Source: Polyangiales bacterium
GTDB taxonomy: Bacteria > Myxococcota_A > Polyangia > Polyangiales > Ga0077539
Direction: 5' to 3'
DNA: 64,000 nt
Assembly: GCA_041389825.1 (NCBI GenBank)
Contig: JAWKRC010000007.1
Location: forward strand, 61,093 to 125,092
Positions within the stretch are counted from its first letter, which is position 1. Each line of letters starts with the position of its first letter. Position numbers and translations under genes: made by a program. The notes under the pieces were generated by a model, which was not told where the DNA came from, made no database searches, and was given only the letters and a program-made list of their open reading frames with translations. Of this stretch, positions 18,401-26,711 are shown piece after piece.

Positions 18401-18924
18401 CCACGGGGGCCGAGGCCGAGCCCGTGGTGTCGTTGACGTCCCAGCGGGCGGCGAGGCCGAAGTCGAGGAGCACGACGCGGCCGTCGTGGGAGACCATCAC
18501 GTTCGAGGGCTTGATGTCGCGGTGGAGCCTCCCCGCGGCGTGCACCGCGGCGATGCCCGCGACGAGCTGCGGCAGCGCCGCGTCAAGGCGCGCCACGCCC
18601 GCGCGAGAAGGCCCGTGCCCCCGTCGCGCCGTCGTCGGACCACAGGTGGTCGAGGAGGCCTACGCCGTCGACGACCTCCATGGTGAAGAACGCGCTCGCG
18701 CCGTCGACGAAGAGCTCGTGCAGCTCGACGAGGTTCGGGTGGAGGATCCCCGCGAGCGCGCGGAACTCCTCCTTCAGGTGGTACAGGTCGTCGGAGTCGA
18801 CGCGGCGCAGGGTCTTCAGCGCGACGTCGCGCTGCATCTCCTCGTCGCGCACGCGGTACACGACGCCCATCCCGCCCTTGCCGAGGCACTCGATGACGCG
18901 GAATCGTCGGGTACTGGCGAGCAC
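15485..18924 (-). pseudogene. Ser/Thr kinase–STAND (AAA) ATPase–TPR regulator, about 1150 aa. It is disrupted by at least 4 frameshifts (about 18600, 18125, 17850 and 16440). This is either decay or sequence error.
   Basis: The kinase N-lobe (GKGGMGVVYRV..ALK) is in one frame. The catalytic loop and C-lobe ([15 protein letters not shown]) are in another. The P-loop (GVSGSGKTE) is in a third. Walker B (LVVWIDDAQWAD) plus the helical/TPR body is in a fourth. The C-terminal TPR region is in a fifth. Confidence 0.5.
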
Positions 18925-18961
18925 GCGGGGCGGCGATGGTCCGCCGTCGCCCCGCGGCGGG

Positions 18962-19309
18962 TCAAGACGCTCCGTCGCCCGCGGCGCGCGTCGCGGCCTT
19001 GCGCGGCCACGACACGATCGACCGCGAGGCGGGGTGCTCGCTCAACCGCGACGCGAGCGCGTCTCCCCTCGCCTGGATCTCTTCGTAGAGCGAGGCCACG
19101 GCCTCGCCCGTGCGCGCCGCGCGCTCGCGCGTCTCGCGGTCGGCCTCGAGCTCGGCGCGCTCCATCGCGTCGAGCTCGGCCCTCGCCGCCTCGGCCTCGG
19201 CCAGCGCCGTCGTCAGCGCCGCCCGCGTCGAGGCGAGCGCGGCGTCGGCCGACGCGCGGGCCGACAGCGCCGTGCGCGCGGCGCTCGCGAGGCAGCCCAG
19301 CATCACCAT
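18962..19309 (-). CDS. Small coiled-coil protein. Its start overlaps the stop of the upstream kinase (ATGGTGA).
   Basis: 115 aa, Ala/Glu/Arg-rich heptads. The ATG at 19309 overlaps the TGA of the 19303..20715 kinase. Confidence 0.4.
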   Translation of the reverse strand: MVMLGCLASAARTALSARASADAALASTRAALTTALAEAEAARAELDAMERAELEADRETRERAARTGEAVASLYEEIQARGDALASRLSEHPASRSIVSWPRKAATRAAGDGAS

Positions 19310-20715
19310 GCGCTCCAGCGTCGCGTCGGTGGCGGCGCGGGGTTGTCGGCGGGCGGGCCGAGGTCGTGCCACGCGAGGCTCACCTCGTTGCGCGCGCGCA
19401 CCTCGTCGGCGAGCGCGGCGCGGGCGGCCTCTTCGAGCGAGCGCGCGCGCGCGTCGAGGCGCTCGGCCTCGGCCTCCGCGGCGGAGCGGGCGTGCAGCAG
19501 GTGCTCGCGGCGAGACTGCGCGCGGCGCTCGTGCTCGACGAGTGCGTTGAGGGCGACGCGGCGCTCGTGCTCGACGGCCTCGAGGCGCGCGATGGCCGCC
19601 GAGAGGGCGTCGAAGTCTCCGCGGAGCGAGGGAGGGGCCTGGTCGCGCCACGCGGCGGCGAGGGCCACCTCGAAGGTCTTGCGCTGCTCGCGGAGCGTCG
19701 CGAGCGAGGGCGGCAGGTCTTCGGGGTAGGGCCGCGTGGGGCGCTCGTCGGCGCCGTCGTCGTGCGGCTCGACGGCGGGGCGCGGGCGCGTGCCGCTGGA
19801 GTCTCCGAGGAGCGCGAGGAGCTCATAGCGCAGCGCCCCCGCGTCGGCGGCGCGCTCGCCGGGCGTCTTCGAGAGGAGCCGGTCGATGAGCGCGTCGAGC
19901 TCGGCGGGCACCGCGGGGTTGAGCGAGCGCGCCCGCGGCGGGGGCACGTCGCGGTGCTGGAGCACGAGCTGGGTGACGGTGCCGTTGAAGGGCAGCGCGC
20001 CGGTGACCAGCTCGAAGAGCATCACGCCGAGGGAGTAGAGGTCCGTCGCGGGGGTGCAGGGCTCGCCGCGGGCGAGCTCGGGGGCGAGGTACTCGGGCGT
20101 GCCCAGGGCCTCGTTGGGGCCGGTGAGGCGCGCCTCGAATTTGATGTGCGCGATGCCGAAGTCGACGACCTTCACCTCGCGCCGCCCGTCGGGCGCCACG
20201 CACACGAAGACGTTCTCGGGCTTGATGTCTCGGTGGACGATCTCGCGCGCGTGGGCGCGCTCGAGCGCGGCGGCGACGGGGGCGACCATCTCGATGGCCT
20301 CGCGCACGGGCAGCGCGCCCTGCTGCACGCGCGCGGCGAGGCTCTCGCCCTCCAAGAGCTCCATCACCAAGAAGACCCGCACGCCCTCTTCGGCGACGTC
20401 GAAGACGTCGACGATGTTCGGGTGCTTGAGCAGGTTCGCGGCCTGCGCCTCGCGGATGAAGCGCTGGCGCATCACCGGGTCGCGGGTGAGCTCCGACGCG
20501 AGGAGCTTCACGGCCACGTCGCGGCGCAGGAGCAGGTGCCGCGCGCGGTACACCGAGCCCATGCCGCCGACGCCGATGCGCTTGAGGAGCTTGTAGCGAC
20601 CCGCGAGGGTGCGGCCCACCAGCGGGTCGACGACGTCGACGAGGAGCGCTCCGTCAGAGGGGCAGGTCGAGATCTCTTCGTCGTACCGGCCGTTGCACCG
20701 GGGGCAGCGCTTCAT
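19303..20715 (-). CDS. Ser/Thr protein kinase with an N-terminal zinc-ribbon and a C-terminal coiled coil.
   Basis: CPRCNGRY...CPSDG ribbon. GVGGMGSVYRA, VAVK, HRDIKPEN, DFG, TPEYLAPE. Intact 470 aa. Confidence 0.85.
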   Translation of the reverse strand: MKRCPRCNGRYDEEISTCPSDGALLVDVVDPLVGRTLAGRYKLLKRIGVGGMGSVYRARHLLLRRDVAVKLLASELTRDPVMRQRFIREAQAANLLKHPNIVDVFDVAEEGVRVFLVMELLEGESLAARVQQGALPVREAIEMVAPVAAALERAHAREIVHRDIKPENVFVCVAPDGRREVKVVDFGIAHIKFEARLTGPNEALGTPEYLAPELARGEPCTPATDLYSLGVMLFELVTGALPFNGTVTQLVLQHRDVPPPRARSLNPAVPAELDALIDRLLSKTPGERAADAGALRYELLALLGDSSGTRPRPAVEPHDDGADERPTRPYPEDLPPSLATLREQRKTFEVALAAAWRDQAPPSLRGDFDALSAAIARLEAVEHERRVALNALVEHERRAQSRREHLLHARSAAEAEAERLDARARSLEEAARAALADEVRARNEVSLAWHDLGPPADNPAPPPTRRWSAW

Positions 20716-20842
20716 CCCGCGGCGGCATGGGAGCGTGCCCGCGACGAGGGTGTCAAGCGCGACGCCGACGCCCGAGGCCCGCGCGCAGGGTCGGCGGTGA
20801 CCGCGGAACTCCGTAGCGTCGGAATGGCCGCCGCGAGGGAGC

Positions 20843-22477
20843 TCACCAGGCGCTCTCGGGGCGGACGCACGCGTCGAGCATCCCAGGCGCGCCGCAGCGC
20901 TCGAAGGTGCAGCCGCCGGGCGTGACGGTGACGCGACCGACGCGCCAGAGGTTGTTGTCTCCGCCCGCGTCCGAGCGCTCGCGGATGCGCGCGGCCTCGC
21001 TCTCGAAGACCACGGCGCCCGCGCAGTAGACCCGCACCACGACGGGCGTCTCGCTGGCCTTGCCGTGCCCGCTGAAGAAATGGACGCCCACGTCGAACTG
21101 CGCGCCGGTGACGGCCTCGACCACGTTGATGTTCTCGGGGCCCGGGAGGTCTGAGATGTGGTCGATGTCGAGCTGCGGGTTGTTGGGTCGGCCCGCGGGC
21201 GACCAGTCGAGGCGCTCGGTGTCGCAGAGCGTTCCGGGCGCGCCGCAGACGCAGTTGGCGTAGTAGCAGTCGCTCTGGTCGGGCGCGCTGCTTGCCCAGT
21301 GGCCCATCGCGCGGGAGACGTCGGCGAGGTGCAGGTCGAGGTCGATGCCGCCGCCCTGGGCGTTGCAGCCCGCGCAGGAGCGGTCGGTGTTCCAGACGAT
21401 CTCGACGCGCACGGCCTCGGAGCTCTCGGCGCGCGCGCGGGTGGTGCACGAGGCGGCGTTGCCGCGGTCGTTCGTGGCGGTGAAGCGCCACGTCCAGTCG
21501 CCCGCGACGTCGAAGGTGAAGGGCGTCGCGCGCGTCGTGGGCGAAGGGATCGACGCGGTGGAGGTGACGGGGTTCTCGACGATCTCCCAGCGGTAGGTGA
21601 GCGGTCGGCCGAGGCGCGACGCGGCCTCGCCCGCGAGGGTGACGGTGGTGAAGGGCGCCGAGCGCGTGTCGGGCGGGCAGCGCACGATCACGTCGGGGTC
21701 GGCGTGCACGCGGGTCTCGCACTCGGCCCGCATCCCCGCGGAGTCGAGCGCCACGAGGCGCATCCTCCAGTCGCCGAGCGCGTCGAGGCGGAGGCTCGCG
21801 GTGGTCGCGTCGGGCGGCACGGGCGAGGTCACGCTCGCGGGCGGGCGAGAGACCGTGGTCCAGGCGAAGCGCAAAGGGCGGCCGTAGGCCGAGGTGGCGC
21901 GCGCGACGAGGGGCACCGTCGCGCCCTGGTAGTTGCTCTGGTCCTGCGGACAGAGGAGGTCGATGGCGGGGCGCGCGATCACCCGCGCGTCGCAGTCGCG
22001 CGAGAGCCCGTCGGCGGTGGTCGCGGTGAAGCGCAGGAGGTACTCGCCGCCCGCGTCGAGGGCGAGGGTCGAGCGCTCGAGGTCGGGAGGCGTGGGTCGC
22101 GAGGTCGATCCCATGGGGGCGCGCACGAGGGTCCACCGGCGCGTGAGGCCCGCGGGGCGGTTGGTGCGAACGACGGCGGCGAAGGCCACGGTCTCGCCCT
22201 GGCGTCCGAAGGTGGCCGCGGGGCACTGCACGTCGAGGGTGGTCGGGTCGGGCACGTCGACGGGGAGCGGGCGATCGACGGGCATCGGGCGGTCGACCGG
22301 GAGCGGGCGATCCACCGGCGTGGGCCGATCGATGGGGACAGGCAGGTCGACGGGGACGTCGACGGCCGGCGTCGAGGCGTCGAGGTCGAGCTTGAGTCCG
22401 GTGCGACCGCCGCACGCGGAAAGGAAGGTCAGCGCCGCGACGCACACGCCCCGACGGTGCGAAGAGAGGAGGCTCAT
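20843..22477 (-). CDS. Lipoprotein with P(V/I)DRP repeats and three tandem Cys-bracketed beta-sandwich-like modules.
   Basis: LSACGG lipobox. PVDLPVPIDRPTPVDRPLPVDRPMPVDRPLPVDVP. Three modules of about 90 aa each start with CP.. and end with C..RV. Confidence 0.7.
   Translation of the reverse strand: MSLLSSHRRGVCVAALTFLSACGGRTGLKLDLDASTPAVDVPVDLPVPIDRPTPVDRPLPVDRPMPVDRPLPVDVPDPTTLDVQCPAATFGRQGETVAFAAVVRTNRPAGLTRRWTLVRAPMGSTSRPTPPDLERSTLALDAGGEYLLRFTATTADGLSRDCDARVIARPAIDLLCPQDQSNYQGATVPLVARATSAYGRPLRFAWTTVSRPPASVTSPVPPDATTASLRLDALGDWRMRLVALDSAGMRAECETRVHADPDVIVRCPPDTRSAPFTTVTLAGEAASRLGRPLTYRWEIVENPVTSTASIPSPTTRATPFTFDVAGDWTWRFTATNDRGNAASCTTRARAESSEAVRVEIVWNTDRSCAGCNAQGGGIDLDLHLADVSRAMGHWASSAPDQSDCYYANCVCGAPGTLCDTERLDWSPAGRPNNPQLDIDHISDLPGPENINVVEAVTGAQFDVGVHFFSGHGKASETPVVVRVYCAGAVVFESEAARIRERSDAGGDNNLWRVGRVTVTPGGCTFERCGAPGMLDACVRPESAW
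22252..22351 (-). repeat. In-frame oligopeptide repeat encoding (P[VIML]DRP)n within the lipoprotein gene.
   Basis: The nucleotide period is 15 (gaccggxxgcgggcg units). Confidence 0.4.
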
Positions 22478-22557
22478 ACCGCGGAGGATCGCACACGTCG
22501 CGCGGGAGTTCGCGGGGCGTTGCCACGCGCCGTCGGCGGGTGTGACCCTCCCGGGCG

Positions 22558-23028
22558 ATGCACCCGAACGAGAAGCTGATCCACGACTTCTATGAGGCCT
22601 TCGCGAAGCGCGACGGCGAGGCGATGGCCGCGCTCTACCACCCCGAGGTGGTGTTCTCCGACCCGGTGTTCCCAGGGTTGAAGGGCAAGCGCGCGGGCGA
22701 CATGTGGCGGATGCTCACCGAGCGGGGCAAGGACCTGCGCGTCGAGCACTCCGGCGTGAGCGCCGACGACACCTCGGGCCGCGCCCACTGGGAGGCCTGG
22801 TACACCTTCAGCGCTACTGGTCGGAGCGTGCACAACGTCATCGACGCGACCTTCCGCTTCAAGGACGGCAAGATCATCGGCCACACCGACCGCTTCGACT
22901 TCTGGCGCTGGTCGCGTCAGGCGCTCGGGCCCGTGGGGCTGCTCCTCGGGTGGACACCGATCGTGCAGAACAAGGTGCGCGCGCAGGCCGCGAAGGGCCT
23001 CGACCAGTTCGAGGCCCGACGCGGCTGA
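22558..23028 (+). CDS. NTF2-like / SnoaL-like small protein.
   Basis: 156 aa. HDFYEAFAKRDGEAMAALYHPEVVFSDP is the typical SnoaL_2 N-terminus. Confidence 0.75.
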   Translation: MHPNEKLIHDFYEAFAKRDGEAMAALYHPEVVFSDPVFPGLKGKRAGDMWRMLTERGKDLRVEHSGVSADDTSGRAHWEAWYTFSATGRSVHNVIDATFRFKDGKIIGHTDRFDFWRWSRQALGPVGLLLGWTPIVQNKVRAQAAKGLDQFEARRG

Positions 23029-23032
23029 GGGC

Positions 23033-24982
23033 TCAGCCCTGCGGGGCGGACTCGGTCGCGGGCGCGAGGGCCTGCTGCATGAGGGCGGCGATGCGCTTCG
23101 CGAAGCGGGCGGGGTTGTCGACGGGCGCGCCCTCGCTCAAGAGCGCCTGGTCGTGGAGGAGCTCGATCCACTCGCCCACCTGCGCCTCGTCGGCGCCCGC
23201 GTCGACGCGCGACTGCAGGGCCTTGATGAGCGGGTGCGTGGGGTTGAGCTCCAGGATGCGCTTCACGGGCGGAACGTCTCGGCCCGCCGCGCGGAGGATG
23301 CGCTCGCGCAAGGGGTCGAGCTGACCCGGCGGCGTGACGAGGCACGCGGGCGAGTCGGTGAGCCGGTCGGTGGAGCGCACCTCGCGCACGCGCTCGCCGA
23401 GCACGCCCTTGAAGCGCTCGACCAGGGGCTTGAGGGCCTCTGAGAGCGCGCTCGACTCGGGCTTCTTCGCGTCGTCGAGCTTGAGCTCGGCGTCGGCCGC
23501 GTTCGTGAGCTTCTTGCCCTGGAACTCCCGCACCGCGTCGACGGCCCAGGGGTCGACCACGTCGGTGAGGTAGAGCACCTCGTAGCCGCGCGAGGTGAGG
23601 GCCTCGATGTGCGGGCTCTGCTGCGCCGACTCCAGGCTGTCGGAGAGCACGTAGTAGATCGCCGACTGATCCTCGGGCATCCGCGAGACGTACTCGGAGA
23701 GCGAGGTGAGGCCCTCGCCGCGCGAGCTCTCGAAGCGCACGAGGTTGGTGAGGCGCTCGCGCCACTCCCAGTCGTTGGCGAGGCCCTCTTTCAGCACGCG
23801 GCCGAAGGAGCGCCAGAAGGTCGCGAAGTCGTCGGCGCGGTCCTTGGCGAGCTCGTCGAGGAGGTCGAGCGAGCGCTTGGTGAGGCCCTTCTTGATCGCG
23901 CGCACCACGGCGCTGTCTTGCAGGGTCTCGCGCGACACGTTCAGCGGGAGGTCGTCGGAGTCGACCACGCCGCGCACGAAGCGCAGCCACGTCGGCAGGA
24001 GCGCCTCGCAGTCGTCCATGATGAACACCCGGCGCACGAAGAGCCGCACGCCGCGCTTGCTCCCCGTCGGGTGGTCGAGGTCAAAGGGCACGGTCTTCGG
24101 AACGAAGAGCAGGCCCGTGAACTCCTGGGTGCCCTCGACCTTGAAGTGCGTCCACGCGGCGGGCTCCTCCCAGTCGCCGGTGAGGTGCTTGTAGAACTCT
24201 TGATACTGCTCCGCGGTGACCTCGCTCTTGGGCCGCTGCCACAGGGCGCGGGCCTGGTTCACCGTCTCGTAGCCCTCACCCTCGGCGGGGGCCTCGCCCT
24301 CCTCGGGCTCCTCCTTCTCCTTCTTCACCTGGATCGGGTGACCGACGAAGTCCGAGTAGCGCGCGATGAGGTCCCGGAGCTTCCACCCCTCGAGGAACTC
24401 CTTGTGCTCGTCGCGCAGGTGGAGCGTGACCGTGGTGCCGTGCTCGGCCCGCTCCGCGGGCTCGACGGTGAAGCTGTCCTTCGCGTCGCTCGACCAGGTC
24501 CAGGCCTTGTCGCCGCCCGCCGCGCGCGAGGTGACGGTCACCCGGTCGGCCACCAGCCACGCGCTGTAGAACCCCACGCCGAACTGCCCGATGAGCGAGA
24601 CGTCGCTCTTCGCCCCCTTCGCGGTGAGGGCCTCGACGAACTTCTTCGAGCCCGAGTGCGCGATGGTGCCGAGGTTCTGCACCAGCTCGTCGTGGGTCAT
24701 CCCCACGCCGTTGTCTTCGATGGTGAGGGTGTGGGCGTCGGCGTCGGGCGTGACGCGGATCGCGAAGCCCGCGTCGCCCTCAGGCAACAGCGAGGGCTCG
24801 GTAATGGCCTTGAAGCGCAGCTTGTCGAGCGCGTCGCTCGCGTTCGAGATGAGCTCCCGGAGGAACACCTCGCGGTGGCTGTACAGCGAGTGGATCACCA
24901 GGTTCAGCACCTGGCTCACCTCGGCCTGGAAGCGGTGGGTCTCCTTCGACCCGGTCTCCGCGGGGGTGGTCTCGGTCTCCAT
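23033..24982 (-). CDS. htpG: Molecular chaperone HtpG (Hsp90).
   Basis: ETHRFQAEVSQVLNLVIHSLYSHREVFLRELISNASDALDKLRF. The full-length intact frame is present. Confidence 0.95.
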   Translation of the reverse strand: METETTPAETGSKETHRFQAEVSQVLNLVIHSLYSHREVFLRELISNASDALDKLRFKAITEPSLLPEGDAGFAIRVTPDADAHTLTIEDNGVGMTHDELVQNLGTIAHSGSKKFVEALTAKGAKSDVSLIGQFGVGFYSAWLVADRVTVTSRAAGGDKAWTWSSDAKDSFTVEPAERAEHGTTVTLHLRDEHKEFLEGWKLRDLIARYSDFVGHPIQVKKEKEEPEEGEAPAEGEGYETVNQARALWQRPKSEVTAEQYQEFYKHLTGDWEEPAAWTHFKVEGTQEFTGLLFVPKTVPFDLDHPTGSKRGVRLFVRRVFIMDDCEALLPTWLRFVRGVVDSDDLPLNVSRETLQDSAVVRAIKKGLTKRSLDLLDELAKDRADDFATFWRSFGRVLKEGLANDWEWRERLTNLVRFESSRGEGLTSLSEYVSRMPEDQSAIYYVLSDSLESAQQSPHIEALTSRGYEVLYLTDVVDPWAVDAVREFQGKKLTNAADAELKLDDAKKPESSALSEALKPLVERFKGVLGERVREVRSTDRLTDSPACLVTPPGQLDPLRERILRAAGRDVPPVKRILELNPTHPLIKALQSRVDAGADEAQVGEWIELLHDQALLSEGAPVDNPARFAKRIAALMQQALAPATESAPQG

Positions 24983-25099
24983 CGATGGTCGCTCCGTGCG
25001 GGGCTCTGAGCGCGGCCTCCCATTCGGCTCGTCGCGCGACCCCGTCCGGCCGGGGCTCTTAATCACAAGCCCCGCGACCGTAAAGACCAGACTCCGCCC

Positions 25100-26549
25100 T
25101 CAGGCCTCTCCCTGCACCCGCGCCCAGAGCTCTTCGCGGGCCGCCCAGAGCGCCTCGCCCACGGCCTCGGGGAGCTCCTCGGCCAGCGCGCTGATCGCCT
25201 CGTCGAGGTCGCCCCGCTCGGGCTCGGTGCGCCCCGCCACCACCGCGGCGGTGTACGCCCCTGCGCGCGGCGAGCTGCGCGGTGAGCCTCCCCACGGCCG
25301 ACGCGAGCTTGCGCCCCTCGGCCGCGAAGCGCGCCTCGGCCTCTGACGCCAGCCCCTGCGCCTTGCGGGCTGCTCCATCGTGGCCGCGAGCTTGTGCGCG
25401 TAGCGGTCGCGCCAGCCGCGCACCTCGGCGAGCTGCGCCTCGAGCTGCTCGATGCGCTCCGCGGCGTCGACCGCCGCCTCGCCGAGCTTCTCCCGCGCCG
25501 CCTCGAGCTCCCCTCGCGCCTCGGCGAGCTGCGCCGCCTCGGCCTCGACCTCGGCCCGCACCGCGCACCGAGCTCGCCCGCGCCTCTTCGATCTCGGCCT
25601 TCGCCTCGCGCAGGGCTTCGACCTCGCCGCGTAGCGCCTCGACCTCGGCCGCGTGCTCGGCCCGCATCGCGTCGAGCTCCGCCGCGCGGCTCTCGCCCAG
25701 CGTGCGCGCCGCGGCCTCGGCGTGCGCGCGGAGGCGTTCGAGCGCCTCGGCGTGCTCCTCGCGCAGGGCGGCGACCTCGTCGGCGTGGGCCTCGATGAGG
25801 GTCTGCCGCGCGAGGGCCGCGGCCTGGCGCACGGCGTCGACCTCGGCCTCGGCGCGCGCTTCGACGGCCTGGAGCTGCTGCGCGGCCTCGGCGACCTCGG
25901 CGGCCATCTCGGCGCGGGCGGCGTCGACGTCGGCCGCGGCGCGGGCGAGGGCCGCGTCTCGCTCAGAGATCGCGCGCTGCCACGCGGCGCCGAGGGCGGC
26001 GTGGGCGGCGTGCATCGAGGCCAGCTCGCGGCGGGCGTCGTCGCGCTCGCGGGCCACGACGTCGAGCTGGGCGCGCCAGCCGTTGACCACCTCGTCGACC
26101 TGACGCAGCGCGTGCGAGGCCTGCTGCTCCTCGCGGCGCGCGGACTCCAGCGCTTGAGAGAGCGCGTGGCGCTCGTGCTCGATGGCGCCGAAGACGCCCT
26201 CGCGCTCGCGCAGGCGAGACTCCAGGGCCTGGCGGTCGCGCTCGGAGCGCTCGTAGGCCTCGCGGGCCTCGCGCATCGCGCGCTCGCGGCTGACCTGGTG
26301 GGTCTTGAGGGCGAGGATCTCCTGGTCCTTGCGGGTGAGGGCCTCGCGCAGGAGGGCGAGTCGGCGGTTGTTGCCGTCGCTGCCCGTGAGGCCACGTCGA
26401 GGTCGCGGCGCGAGCGCACGGCGGCCTCGAGCTCTCGGCGCAGCCGCGTTCTCGGTCGCGAGCTCGCGGGCCTGCGCCTCGGGCACGAAGCTCTGCGGGT
26501 CGTTGTGGGTGTCGAGCGCGGTCGGGAAGTCGTTGTCGAGGGCCATCAC
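25100..26549 (-). CDS. Long coiled-coil protein. The frame is broken at 2 or more places.
   Basis: The first about 330 aa (from 26549) are clean heptad-rich coiled coil. After that, coding signal alternates between three frames. It ends with ...EELWARVQGEA in the 25100 frame. Confidence 0.45.
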
Positions 26550-26711
26550 CGGGTCTCCCTACGGCCCACCAACATCGGTAGGCCTCGCGCCGTCCACTTT
26601 TCGACAGCGCGTACCCCTCCCGCGGAGCGGGCGCCGCGGGTACTGTCTCGCCCAGTCGGTCACGCACGGGCGGCGCTGGGGCCGCGCCGATCGCCCGACG
26701 GGAGAACTCCG

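Noticed and set aside
18352-20925. 857-aa ORF on the + strand.
   Set aside because: It is antisense to the kinase genes. The translation is R/G/A low-complexity with no motifs. This is a typical spurious long ORF of 72% GC DNA.
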